Positions 28,846-39,502 of a stretch of DNA of 64,000 nt are shown piece by piece. How positions within the stretch are numbered: the stretch's first letter is position 1; each line of letters opens with the position of its first letter. Source of the stretch: an uncultured Chloroflexia bacterium. Its GTDB lineage: Bacteria > Chloroflexota > Anaerolineae > JAAEKA01. Under the pieces are notes generated by a model that had not been told where the DNA came from, searched no databases, and saw only the letters and a list, made by a program, of their open reading frames with translations. Location of the stretch: the NCBI GenBank assembly GCA_963709505.1, contig CAVPXC010000010.1:1-64000 (forward strand), written 5' to 3'. The position numbers and the translations under genes were made by a program.

Positions 28846-30163
28846 ATGCCCACTCGAGGCGTGCGCGGCGCGACGACTGTCGACGAGAATACGTCCGAAG
28901 CCATTCTCAAGGAGACCCGGCGTCTGTTGGCGCTGTTGATTCATTTCAATGGCATCCAACCAGAGGATGTTGCCAGCCTGATTTTTAGTACCACTCGCGA
29001 CCTGACGGCCGAGTATCCGGCCTTGGCTGCGCGCCAGCTGGGCTGGCTGGATACGGCCTTGCTCTGCGGCCACGAGATGGATGTGCCGGGTGGGCTGCCG
29101 CGTTGCATTCGCGTGCTGATCAATTGGAACACCGACACGAAGCCCCACGACATTGTCCACGTCTATCTGCGCGGCGCGCGCAACCTTCGGCCCGATAAGG
29201 CTGACCTGCCGCTCGCCCCGGTGGACGATTTGGAAGGCTGGATTCAGCAACAAGTCGATCATTGGCAGGACCAGAAGTCCGCCCGGAAGGAGAAGCGCAT
29301 GAAGATTGTCGCATTCCAAGGCGAACATGGCGCCTACTCGGAGCAAGCTTTGCGCCAACACTTCGGCCAGGAGGTCGGCACGCTGCCGTGTCATGCCTTC
29401 GAGGGCATCTTCGCCGCAATCGAGTTCTGGCGAGGCCGACTACGGCGTGCTGCCGGTTGAGAATTCCTCCGCCGGCTCCATCAACCGGGCGTTCGATTTG
29501 CTGTTAGACCATGATTTGCGCGTGTGGGGTGAGATTCTGTTGCGAGTCCGGCACAATTTGCTGGCGCTGCCGGGCACGACATTGGATCAGATCCACAGCG
29601 TCCGCTCCCACCCGCAGGCGTTGGCGCAGTGCGAGCGTTGGTTGAGCCAGCGCAACTTGAAGGCGGTGACTTGGTACGACACGGCCGGCAGCGCCAAGGA
29701 ACTGGCGGCCGCGCCGGAGCCCGGTGTGGCCGCCATCGCCAGCAGCCTGGCAGCCGAGACCTACGGCTTGGAGATTGTGGCCGCGGGCATCGAGGACTTG
29801 TCGTGGAACTACACCCGTTTCTTTGTCATCGGTCGCGGTGATGCACCGGTTAGCGCCAAGGCAAAGACCTCGCTGGTCTTTGCGGTTAGCCACGACCCTG
29901 GCTCGCTCTATCACTGTTTGGGCGAGTTCGCCACCCGCGGCATCAACCTGACAAAGATCGAAAGCCGGCCCCGTCGCAACCGGCCGTGGCACTATGTGTT
30001 CTACCTCGACTTTGCTGGTCACTGGCAGGATCCTACGTGCCAACAAGCGCTGGTTGGCCTGCTCGCCCGAGCCGCATTTGTCAAGCTACTGGGTTCCTAT
30101 CCGGCGGCGGAGATACCGGCGATGAACGGCGAAGGCGGGCAGAGCGAGTTGTTGCAAATATAG
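28846..30163 (+). CDS. pheA: AroH-type chorismate mutase fused to prephenate dehydratase (PDT+ACT), with an apparent +1 frameshift near 29425
   Basis: N-terminal [20 protein letters not shown] = AroH class; no stop before the PDT N-terminus ([17 protein letters not shown]). PDT continues in another frame ([14 protein letters not shown] ...) after a 1-nt insertion (gagTtctgg); C-terminal ACT domain. Confidence 0.7.
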
Positions 30164-30292
30164 CGCTGAATGCTGAATGCTGAATGAAGAAAATCTGGGC
30201 TGCCCCATCCGCCTTGCTGCCCGCTCCGCCCTCCGCACTCATCACTCCGCATTCATCACTCATCATTTTCCACTCTCCACTTTCAACAAAGA
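30160..30292. repeat. GCTGAATG x3 followed by a CACTC/CATCACT-type repeat (GTGGAG family, reverse orientation)
   Basis: Read directly between pheA and the first DAHP synthase. Confidence 0.65.
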
Positions 30293-30301
30293 GGTGCAAA
30301 A

Positions 30302-31316
30302 ATGATCGTCGTCATGAAACAAGGCGCCACCGCCTCCGAGATCGGCGCTGTAATCGCCAAGGTCCAACAGCTGGGACTGACTGCCCATCCGATCTATGGC
30401 GAATCCAGCACGGTGATCGCCATCGTCGGCGAGGCGATTACCGTCCATCCGGATTCTTTCCAGGTGTTGCCAGGAGTTCGAGGTTGTCAACCGCATTGCC
30501 AAGCCGTTCAAGCTGGCCAGCCGAATCTCCAAGCCGGAAGACACGATCGTCAGTCTCAACGGCGTCTCGATTGGCGGCAAGAAGCTGGTGGTGATGGCCG
30601 GGCCGTGCAGTGTCGAGAGCCGCAGCCAGATCTTGGAAACGGCATGGGCCGTCAAGGAGGCCGGTGCGACGATCCTGCGCGGCGGCGCGTTCAAGCCGCG
30701 CACGTCGCCCTATTCCTTTCAGGGCATGGGGTTGAAGGGGCTGGAGCTTCTAGCCGAAGCGCGCCAAGAGACAGGGCTGTATATCGTCACCGAGGTGATG
30801 ACGCCCGATGCGGTGTCCATGGTCAGCCAGTACGCCGATATCCTGCAGATCGGGGCGCGTAACATGCAGAACTATGGCCTGCTCAACGCCGTCGGCCGGA
30901 CTCAGCGTCCCGTGTTGCTCAAACGCGGTATGATGAGCACAATCGAGGAGCTGCTGATGTCGGCCGAGTACATTATGTCCAACGGCAACTATCGGGTGAT
31001 CTTATGCGAGCGCGGTATCCGTACCTTTGAGCCGATGACCCGCAACACGTTTGACCTGAACGCGGTGCCGGTGCTCAAGCAGCTGAGCCATTTGCCCGTT
31101 GTCGCGGACCCGAGCCATGGCACTGGGCGCTACGACCTGGTGGCTCCGATGGCAAAGGCCGCTATCGCCTGCGGCGCGGATGGTCTTATCATCGAGGTGC
31201 ACCCGCATCCCGAGGACGCGGTCTCCGACGGCGCGCAAAGCCTCAAGCCGGAGAAATTCGCCAGGTTGATGCGAGATTTGAAACCATTGGCGGAGGCGGT
31301 GGGGCGAGAAGTTTAG
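30302..31316 (+). CDS. aroG: DAHP synthase (class I-beta, KDO8PS-like) with N-terminal ferredoxin-like/ACT regulatory domain, paralog 1, apparent +1 frameshift near 30478
   Basis: N-terminal [25 protein letters not shown] matches the regulatory domain of paralog 2. The catalytic domain (AGPCSVES ... [11 protein letters not shown]) resumes in-frame if one base (gttCgagg) is removed. Confidence 0.7.
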
Positions 31317-31323
31317 ACGGAGA

Positions 31324-31430
31324 GAATTGTCAATTGGGAATTGGGAATTGTCAATGGTTAATGGCGGATCCGGATTCCGGAAATTCGCCATTGACAATTC
31401 TCAATTCCCAATTGACAATTCGAACGATTT
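31324..31430. repeat. ~105-bp palindromic element built from CAATTG/GAATTG heptamer repeats centred on GGATCC
   Basis: Arms gaattgtcaattgggaattgggaattgtcaatgg and its near-perfect inverse. Confidence 0.75.
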
Positions 31431-31458
31431 TTCACATATTTCTCTCTGAGGTTATGTT

Positions 31459-32472
31459 ATGATCATAGTCATGAAAGCAGGCGCAAGTGCCAGGGAAATC
31501 GGGCATGTCACCAGTCGTATCGACGAGATGGGCTTCCAGGTGCATTTGAGTAAAGGCACCGAGCGCACCATCATCGGCGTCATTGGCGATGAGCGGCCGT
31601 TGGACCCTGCGATGTTCGAGGTAATGGAGGGCGTCGAGAAGACGGTTTCTATTTTGCCGCCCTACAAGCTGGCTAGCCGCGAATTTCGGCGGGAGAATAC
31701 AGTGATTCCTGTTGGCGGCACGAGTGTCGGTGGCGAGCGGCTGGCCGTGATCGCCGGTCCGTGCAGCGTCGAGAGCCGCGGCCAATTGCTGGAAATCGCC
31801 CATGCCGTGAAAGAGGCCGGCGCTACGATGCTGCGCGGTGGCGCGTACAAGCCGCGCACATCGCCGTACGCGTTCCAAGGCATGGGGGTGCCAGGCCTGG
31901 AGCTGCTCGTCGAGGCGAGAGAAGCGACCGGTCTCCCCATCGTAACCGAAGTGATGGCGCCGGACAAGGTGGAGCTGGTGGCGGAATACGCCGACGTGCT
32001 GCAGATCGGCGCGCGGAACATGCAGAACTACCCGCTGCTGCAGGCCGCGGGCCGGGTTCAACGACCGGTGTTGCTCAAGCGCGGTATGATGAGCACGATC
32101 GAAGAGCTGCTCATGTCCGCCGAATACATCCTGGCCGCAGGCAACTACAACGTCATGTTGTGCGAGCGTGGCATCCGAACCTTCGAGACGTACACCCGCA
32201 ACACCACCGATATCAATGCCATCCCGGCGCTCAAGCATCTCAGCCATTTACCAGTGATCGGCGATCCCAGCCATGGCACCGGCAAATGGGCGCTGGTGGC
32301 GCCGGTCGCCAGGGCGCTGGTGGCAGCCGGCGTCGACGGCTTGATGATCGAGGTGCACCACGACCCCGAACACGCCCTGTCCGACGGCGCACAGAGCCTC
32401 AAGCCGGAGCGTTTTGCCGCGCTGATCCGGGAGATCCGGATGATTGCTGAGGCGGTGGGGCGGTCTGTGTAG
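31459..32472 (+). CDS. aroG: DAHP synthase (class I-beta) with N-terminal regulatory domain, paralog 2 (intact)
   Basis: 337 aa, continuous regulatory plus catalytic domains ([39 protein letters not shown]). Confidence 0.85.
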   Translation: MIIVMKAGASAREIGHVTSRIDEMGFQVHLSKGTERTIIGVIGDERPLDPAMFEVMEGVEKTVSILPPYKLASREFRRENTVIPVGGTSVGGERLAVIAGPCSVESRGQLLEIAHAVKEAGATMLRGGAYKPRTSPYAFQGMGVPGLELLVEAREATGLPIVTEVMAPDKVELVAEYADVLQIGARNMQNYPLLQAAGRVQRPVLLKRGMMSTIEELLMSAEYILAAGNYNVMLCERGIRTFETYTRNTTDINAIPALKHLSHLPVIGDPSHGTGKWALVAPVARALVAAGVDGLMIEVHHDPEHALSDGAQSLKPERFAALIREIRMIAEAVGRSV

Positions 32473-32556
32473 TGGAAGGTGGAGAGTGGAGAGTGGAGGG
32501 TGAAGAGTGGAGAGAGTCTGGAGTTCCCTCCACTCTCCACTCTCCACTTTCCACTA
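32471..32556. repeat. GTGGAGAGTGGAG-type repeat, palindromic arrangement
   Basis: gtggaaggtggagagtggagagtggagggtgaagagtggag ... ctccactctccactctccactttccac. Confidence 0.75.
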
Positions 32557-32562
32557 CGAATC

Positions 32563-33466
32563 ATGACACAATCTTCCTACGAGAAAGAACTGGTCGACTG
32601 CACAATCGCCATCGCCGGCCTGGGCCTGATGGGTGGGTCGCTGGGTCTGGCGCTGCGAGGCCGCGTTGCACGGGTGATCGGCATCGCGCGGCGGGCCGAG
32701 ACGATAGATCAGGCGTTGGTTGCAGGTGCGATCGATAAAGGCTGCTCGACACTGGCCGAGGGCATTGTCGGAGGCCGATATCATCGTGCTGGCGACACCT
32801 GTGAGCGTGATCCTGGCGCAGATCGAGGAGATCGGCCGGCTTGCGCGAGATGGCGGTGTGCGGGACGGCGTCGTACTGATCGATCTGGGCAGCACCAAGG
32901 AGCGCATCTGCAACGCGCTCGACGGCTTACCGGCGGCGATCCAGCCCGTGGGCAGCCATCCGATGTGCGGCAAAGAGACGTCGGGGCTGGACGTGGCGGA
33001 GGCCGGGCTGTATTGCGGCGCTCCGTTCGTGCTTAGCCCGCTGCCACGGACGGCGCGGCAGACGATGACGCTTGCCACGCATCTTGCTTTAGCCGTAGGC
33101 GCCTGTCCTTTCGAGCTCGACCCCGTCCGTCACGATCGCCTGGCGGCGGGGATCAGTCACGTGCCGTATCTCGTTGCACTGGCGGTGTTTGCTGCGGCCA
33201 ACGACCTGGCCCAAGAGGACGCGATGGCCTGGCAGCTGGCGGCCGGCGGTTTTCGGTCCACCACTCGTCTGGCCGGCAGCGACGACAAAATGATGGCCGA
33301 CATCCTGCTAACCAATCGCGATGCGGTATTGGCACAGCTAGACCGGTTGCAGGCAGAGCTGGGGCAGCTAGCGGCGCTAATCAGCACCAGCGACGAGGCG
33401 CGGCTGCGCGATCTCGCCGGAACTGTGCGTCAGCAACGAGCCCTGTTTTTGGAGCAGTATGGGTGA
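32563..33466 (+). CDS. tyrA: prephenate dehydrogenase, apparent +1 frameshift near 32765
   Basis: N-terminal Rossmann GxGxxG (IAGLGLMGGSLGLAL), then a frame change (gagGgcatt) into the TyrA catalytic/dimerisation part ending at 33466. Confidence 0.7.
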
Positions 33467-33560
33467 TGAAGGGTGGAGGGTGGAAAGTGGAGGGTGGAGA
33501 GGCGAAGATTCTCTGCACTCTGCACTCTCCACTCTCCACTCTGCACCCTCCACCCTCGAC
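33463..33560. repeat. GTGGAG-family palindromic repeat
   Basis: gggtggagggtggaaagtggagggtggagagg ... ctctccactctccactctgcaccctccaccc. Confidence 0.75.
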
Positions 33561-33578
33561 ATCCGAGTAGAGTATCCC

Positions 33579-34883
33579 ATGAACCTCCTAATCCATCCTA
33601 TCCAAGAGCTCTACGGCACTCTGACCGTTCCCGGCGACAAATCAATCTCGCATCGAGCCGTCATGTTTGCGTCCTTGGCTGAGGGGCAGAGCCAAGTGCG
33701 TAATTTCCTGCCTGGCGGCGATTGCCGCGCCACGCTTGGAGTCATGCGAGCGCTGGGTGTGCCGATCACGGAAGTCGACTCAACCACCTTGCAGATCGAC
33801 GGCCTGGGCCTGGCCGGCCTACAAGAGCCGGCCAGGCCGTTGGATTGCGTCAACTCCGGCACGACGATGCGGTTGATCGCGGGCTTGTTGGCGGGCCAGG
33901 ATTTCTTTAGTGTGCTGAACGGCAGCGAACAGCTGACTAAGCGACCCATGGGCCGCATCGTCGAGCCGTTGCGCCGGATGGGTGCGTCGATCCACGGCCG
34001 GCAGGGCGGCCGGCTGGCGCCGCTGGCGATCCAGGGCACGCTGTTGCAGGGGGTCGACTACACACTGCCCGTGGCCAGTGCGCAGGTCAAGTCGGCCGTG
34101 CTGCTGGCTGGGCTGTACTGCAACGGGCTGGCTATCGTGCGCGAGCCAGGCCCGGCGCGCGATCACACCGAGCGCATGCTGGCTGCGATGGGCGCCCCGA
34201 TCCGGGTGTTGGGTTCGGTGGTGATCAGCGAACGGCCCAACCGTCCGCTGCGCCCGATGGACCTGACCGTGCCGGGCGACATGTCGTCGTCGGCCTTTTT
34301 GCTGGCGGCCGGGCTGCTGGCGCCGCAAAGCTTGCTCACCATCGCCGGCGTGGGGGTCAATCCCACGCGCACCGGCTTGCTCGACGTGTTTTGCCAGATG
34401 GGCGCAGACCTGCGCCTGGAAAACGAGCGCAAGGAGGCAGGCGAACCGGTGGCCGACATCGTCGTGCAGCATAGCGATCTACGTGGAGTTGAGCTAGGAG
34501 GCGCTTTGATCCCGCGCATCATCGACGAGCTGCCTGTGCTGGCGGTCGTAGCGACTCAGGCGCACGGGAGGACGATCGTGCGTGATGCCGCCGAGCTGCG
34601 CGTCAAGGAGACCGACCGGATTGCGACGATAGCGACCGAGCTGCGCAAGATGGGCGCGCACATCGAGGAGCGCCCGGACGGCTTTGTCGTGGAGGGTCCG
34701 ACGCAATTGCAGAGTGCGCCGGTCTGGAGCCATGGCGATCATCGATTAGCGATGGCGCTATCGGTCGCGGCGCTGATTGCCGCTGGCCCGGTGCTGGTCG
34801 AGGACGTTGAGTGCATCGGCGACAGCTACCCCGGCTTCGAGGCGGCGCTGAACCGGTTAGGTGTGGAAATGGTAGAGGCCTAG
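33579..34883 (+). CDS. aroA: 3-phosphoshikimate 1-carboxyvinyltransferase (EPSP synthase)
   Basis: MNLLIHPIQELYGTLTVPGDKSISHRAVMFASLAEG ... full-length EPSPS. Confidence 0.85.
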   Translation: MNLLIHPIQELYGTLTVPGDKSISHRAVMFASLAEGQSQVRNFLPGGDCRATLGVMRALGVPITEVDSTTLQIDGLGLAGLQEPARPLDCVNSGTTMRLIAGLLAGQDFFSVLNGSEQLTKRPMGRIVEPLRRMGASIHGRQGGRLAPLAIQGTLLQGVDYTLPVASAQVKSAVLLAGLYCNGLAIVREPGPARDHTERMLAAMGAPIRVLGSVVISERPNRPLRPMDLTVPGDMSSSAFLLAAGLLAPQSLLTIAGVGVNPTRTGLLDVFCQMGADLRLENERKEAGEPVADIVVQHSDLRGVELGGALIPRIIDELPVLAVVATQAHGRTIVRDAAELRVKETDRIATIATELRKMGAHIEERPDGFVVEGPTQLQSAPVWSHGDHRLAMALSVAALIAAGPVLVEDVECIGDSYPGFEAALNRLGVEMVEA

Positions 34884-34885
34884 AT

Positions 34886-34965
34886 TGGACCTTTCTTCCG
34901 AGAAAGGTTTAATCGCGCTCGATATTGATTGGACCTTTCATCCGAGAAAGGTCCAATCTGATCCA
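34886..34965. repeat. two copies of the palindrome TTGGACCTTTCNTCCGAGAAAGGTCCAAT
   Basis: Also present at 13886-13912. Confidence 0.7.
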
Positions 34966-34995
34966 CGGAACGCGTCATCCAGGAGTAATGCTTCA

Positions 34996-35844
34996 GTGAC
35001 GATTCTCGTCGGTCTCATCGGTTGGCCGCTCGGACACAGCGTCAGCCCCGCGATGCACAATGCCGCATTCCAGACGCTGGGGCTGGACGGCCGCTATGAG
35101 GCGCTCCCTGTGCCGCCGGAGCAGGTGGGCGACCTTGTTCGTAGCCTACATGCCCGCGGTTTTCGCGGCGTCAATGTCACGATTCCGTACAAACAAGCCG
35201 TCATGCCGCTAATGGACGAGCTGAGCGAGGCCGCGCAGCGCATCGGCGCGGTCAACACGATTGTCGTCGAGCCGGATGGCCGCCTGCGCGGCGACAACAC
35301 GGACTGGTTGGGATTTCTTCATCCCCTGGACGAACGCGGCTTTGACCTGGCCGATAAGTCCGTTCTGCTGCTCGGCGCCGGCGGCGCGGCTCGTGCTGTG
35401 GTCTATGCGCTGCTGCAGCGCAATATCGCGCGTCTCACCATCTGGAACCGTAGTCTGGACCGCGCGGAAGCGCTTGCTAGGCACGCTGCGACTCTGGACT
35501 CTTTATTGACAATTGACAATTGTGAATTGTCAATTGTCAATTCCGACCTGATCGTCAATTCCACCCCTATCGGCATGTGGCCGCACATCAACGAGTCGCC
35601 GTGGCCGGCCGATTTGTCCTTTCCATCCCGCGCGCTGGTCTACGACCTGGTGTACCGGCCGGAGCAGACGCAGTTCTTACGTCAGGCTGAGGCCGCCGGT
35701 TGCTCGGTGCAGGGAGGGATGGAGATGTTGGTCGTGCAGGGAGCGGCCGCGTTCAGGCTTTGGACGGGACATTATCCGTCGTTGGGCGTGATGATGACGA
35801 CAGCCCGCTACGTAGTGGCAGGTACAGAGGAGGATGATTCATAA
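34996..35844 (+). CDS. aroE: shikimate dehydrogenase
   Basis: GTG start after AGGAG; VGLIGWPLGHSVSP and NVTIPYK motifs. Carries an in-frame CAATTG-repeat insertion at 35505-35546. Confidence 0.75.
   Translation: MTILVGLIGWPLGHSVSPAMHNAAFQTLGLDGRYEALPVPPEQVGDLVRSLHARGFRGVNVTIPYKQAVMPLMDELSEAAQRIGAVNTIVVEPDGRLRGDNTDWLGFLHPLDERGFDLADKSVLLLGAGGAARAVVYALLQRNIARLTIWNRSLDRAEALARHAATLDSLLTIDNCELSIVNSDLIVNSTPIGMWPHINESPWPADLSFPSRALVYDLVYRPEQTQFLRQAEAAGCSVQGGMEMLVVQGAAAFRLWTGHYPSLGVMMTTARYVVAGTEEDDS
35505..35546. repeat. CAATTG heptamer repeat inserted in-frame inside aroE (encodes LTIDNCELSIVNS)
   Basis: ttgacaattgacaattgtgaattgtcaattgtcaattcc within the CDS at a position where homologues have a short loop. 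Confidence 0.7.
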
Positions 35845-35944
35845 TCTACTTATTGCATTCCCGCGCTACCAAACGCCAGAACAACCGCTCAATGAAGAGA
35901 AACAGCGAGACCATCCAGAAGTACATCGCTGCCCAATCCAAACT

Positions 35945-36960
35945 ATGATCACCACGCAGACGCTTCCCTACCGGGGCAGTAAAGCCCTGGCCGATGAACT
36001 GAATAAGGAAAGCGCCAGGCACTACAACGCAACGCTTTCCAACCATTGGCGCACCTTCCGCAAGAAGGGCGTGTGGCTCTCCGAAAAGTCGGCCTACCGC
36101 TGGGAGGACTACCAGTCGGATGGCACGATCCTACACGCGCACAGTCGGGATGCGGCCCAGCAGGCGTTCTATCGGTCGTGCAAGACGGCGAGAACCCTCA
36201 AACGGAACGGGAACACGGCAGCGCGCTATCCCAAGTATCGCCGGGGCTTTAGAACCACGATCTGGAAGAATACCGGCATCCGTAAGAGCGGCAGCACCCT
36301 GCTGCTGGCTCGCGCGGGGCCTGGCTCCGATCACGGTGGCCTTCCCTGCCGCTTGGGAGACCTGTCGGGTCTTGGAAGCCCGGCTTGTGTTCGACAAGAA
36401 GTCCTACAAGTACACCTGGCACATGGTGCTCGAAGACGGTCTGGTCCCGCCAGTCGCACCGGGAGACCGGGTGCTGGCGGTGGACATGGGCGAGATCCAT
36501 CCGTCGGTCATAGCGGACACCGAGCAAGCCCTGGTGCTCTCCTGCCGAGCGCTGAGGGCTTGTAAGCAGTACGGGAACAAGCGCCGGTCGGAACTCGCTT
36601 CTTTGCGGGATCGGAAGAAGCGCGGGTCGGCCAACCGGAAGCGCATCCAGAAACGCATGAACCGCTTCAAGGCCCAACAGGAACGCCGCGAAAGGGACAT
36701 CTTGCACAAAGTCTCGCGCGCCGTGGTCGATCATGCAGTGGCCCGGCGTGCAGGCAAAATCGTCATCGGCGACGTGCGGGACGTGGCCGATGGCGTCAAC
36801 CTGGGACACCGAACGAACCAGAAGGTGTCTGGCTGGTCGCATGGGCGGCTGCGCCAGTACATCAGGTACAAGGCCGAGCATGTCGGGATCGAGGTCGTGC
36901 TGCAAGAACCATTCAAGACGCTGCCATCAGGCAGCGCGTGGAGCAGCTTGTTCGTTCCAT
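35945..36960 (+). pseudogene. tnpB: IS605/IS200-family TnpB (OrfB, RuvC-like) remnant inserted between aroE and aroC
   Basis: Split across two frames (shift near 36310). RuvC-I (VLAVDMGE) and RuvC-II (IVIGDVRDVADGVNLGHRTNQKVSGWSHGRLRQYIRYKAEHVGIEVV) are present; the C-terminal zinc finger/RuvC-III is missing. No tnpA or recognisable IS ends. Confidence 0.65.
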
Positions 36961-36975
36961 CCTGGAGGGTGTATG

Positions 36976-37320
36976 AAAAACCAGGCCGCTATTCGAGAAC
37001 GCTACCTTCGCGATCCTCTGCCGGTGCGTCTTGGTGGATTGGCTGCGAATCTGGCCCGAGTTAAGTCTATTTCCAACCACCCAAAGCATAGCGCGATAGT
37101 CGAAGGTCTTATCGATGAAAGCAAATACTTTGTCGAGTGGGCGGCTCCCGATGCAGAAGTAGATCGTCAAGCGGAGTTGGTCGCAATGCAGGTTCAACTG
37201 GCTCTCTGGCAATTGAATTGGTCAAAGATTTGGCCAGACCCGGCGGCGCGAGCTTTAGTGGCTGATCAGGCGAAAGAATGGTCGGATCAGGTACTTGCCA
37301 TGTCTGGTCTGCTGGACTAG
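36976..37320 (+). CDS. hypothetical helical protein (114 aa)
   Basis: MKNQAAIRERYLRDPLPVRLGGLAANLARV... no family recognised; 23 nt upstream of aroC. Confidence 0.35.
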   Translation, partial: KNQAAIRERYLRDPLPVRLGGLAANLARVKSISNHPKHSAIVEGLIDESKYFVEWAAPDAEVDRQAELVAMQVQLALWQLNWSKIWPDPAARALVADQAKEWSDQVLAMSGLLD

Positions 37321-37342
37321 ATAACCTCTTGACAAGGAGCGC

Positions 37343-38525
37343 ATGATGCTTCGCTTCCTAACCGCAGGTGAATCCCACGGCCCCGCGCTGACGGCCATCC
37401 TCGAAGGGATGCCGGCCGGGCTGCCGCTATCGGCGGGCGACCTCGCCAACGACCTCGCTCGACGCCAGACCTCCTACGGCGCGGGCGGGCGGATGAAGAT
37501 CGAACAGGACGGGGCGCGCATCCTGGCCGGCGTGATGGCCGGCCAGACCACGGGCGCGCCCATCGCCTTGCTGATCGAGAACAAGGACTACGCCAAGTGG
37601 CGCGACAAGGAGATCGAGCCGTTGACCACGCCGCGTCCGGGCCATGCCGATCTGACCGGCGCGGTCAAGTACGGCTATCGCGACCTCAGGTTAGCTTTGG
37701 AACGGGCCAGCGCACGCGAGACGGCGGCGCGCGTGGCGGTGGGCTCGGTCTGCCGGGCGCTGCTGGCGCAGTTTGGCGTTCGGATCGGCAGCTATGTGAC
37801 GGCGATCGGCGGTGTAGAGGCGGATCAGGCGCACCTTGACGCGCTGTCATTCGCGGATCGCTTTGCTCTCGCCGAGGGAAACGACCTGCGCTGTCCCGAT
37901 TTGGAGGTGCTCGAGGCTTTACGCAAGCGGGTATGGGACTGTATGCAAGCCAAGGACACCGTGGGTGGCGTGTTTGAGGTGGCGGTGCTTGGGCTTCCGC
38001 CCGGTCTTGGCAGCCACGTTCACTTCGATAGGCGACTGGGCGGCCGCCTGCTGGGCGCAATGGGATCGATCCATGCGATCAAGGGTGTCGAAATCGGCCA
38101 CGCGTTTGAGAACGCCGCGAAGTACGGCACTGACGTGCACGACGAGATCTTCGCAGACGAGGATGGCCGTCTGGTGCGCAAGACTAACCGGTCCGGTGGG
38201 CTAGAGGGCGGAATCACCACGGGCGAGCCGTTGATCATCCGTGCGGCGATGAAGCCGATTTCGACAACGCTCAATCCCCTGCGCAGCGTCAACTTGGCGA
38301 CCGGCGAGGCCGAGCCGACGCGTTACGAGCGCAGCGACTTCAATGCGGTGCCGCGCGGGCGTGGTGGCCGAGGCGATGGTGGCGTTTGTCCTGGCCGATG
38401 CCTTGCTGGAGAAGTTGGGCGGCGATAGTCTGGACGAGATGCGTCCCCGGTTCGAAACGTTGCGGCAGGCCCACCTCGATGATTTACCGATGGACAACGT
38501 GTTGTGGCAGTTCGGCTACGAATGA
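37343..38525 (+). CDS. aroC: chorismate synthase, apparent frameshift near 38335
   Basis: Full AroC core. The C-terminal 60 aa ([26 protein letters not shown]...) are in another frame (track ORF 38343-38525). Confidence 0.75.
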
Positions 38526-38580
38526 ATTGGATGAGCCTCAATCGCCTGGCCAGTGCCCGGCTCAGCCAGTAGCAGCTGAC

Positions 38581-39502
38581 TCAGCGACGAAGTCGTTGGG
38601 CGCGGAGTTGATCCAGGCTGGCGCTGGCCGATTTTCGAACCTTCGCCTTGGGGTCGGACAGGGCAGCCTCGAGGGCTTTCATGGCGTCGGCCCCGCCCAG
38701 GCGTCCCAGCGCCTGCGCGGCCGCCTCGCGCACCATGGCAGAATCGTCGCTCGCGAGTTCGCTTGGCGATCTCCGGAACCGCCCGTCGATCTCCCAGCTC
38801 CGCCAGGGCCAGCAACGCTGCGCTACGTGCCTGTCCCTGCCGATGGGTAAGTGCATCTAGCAGGGGCGCTAGGCCGGCAGGCCCACCAAAACGTCCCAAC
38901 CAATGGGCCGCGCGGGCGGCATCTGCAGGGTCATTGCCGTAGAGCCGCTCGATCCATGCGCTGACGTCGAGATCGATGTCGGCTCCGAAACGCACGGCGT
39001 CCTTGTCGACCTCCGCAAAACCGGCGTAGATGTCGGCGAAGGCCGGATCGCCAGGGGTTTTCTGTTCAGATTGGCCCCGGTCAGTGCCTTCGGGATGCTC
39101 TGCCAGAGCCGAACGAGGATGGGCCGCAGGCCGCGTCAGCGTGAGTGCAAACTGTGTTGCCGAGCGCACTTGGCCACCGGCGGCCCGCACCAATCCGGCC
39201 AGCCCGCGGTCATTGGTGACGACCGTGATCTGCGTGGGGGTCTCGCTCTTCTCCACCATCCGGACGATCACCTGATCCGCCTGGACGCCGGGTGGTGCGA
39301 AGCGCACGGTCACGCCGCCGCCCGAGAGATTCCACAAAGGCGCGGGGCCAGGACCGCTGTCAAAGACCACCGTTACCTGTCGTCGGCCGTCAGCGCAATA
39401 CATGCGCAGCCGCAACACCAGCTGATGTTCGTCGTCAGCCTGAGCCAAGTCGATGTCAGGCATTGCGCCGATGAGGTTGTGGCCGTCGATGAGGAGGGGC
39501 AT
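38581..39502 (-). CDS. NYN-domain (YacP-like PIN RNase fold) protein fused to C-terminal HEAT repeats, apparent frameshift near 38860
   Basis: N-terminal MPLLIDGHNLIG NYN signature; HEAT repeats continue in ORF 38581-38856. Confidence 0.55.

Noticed and set aside
36046-36252. Small ORFs inside the TnpB remnant (for example 36046-36252 and 36131-36397)
   Set aside because: Out-of-frame pieces of the same disrupted tnpB or its antisense; not independent genes.
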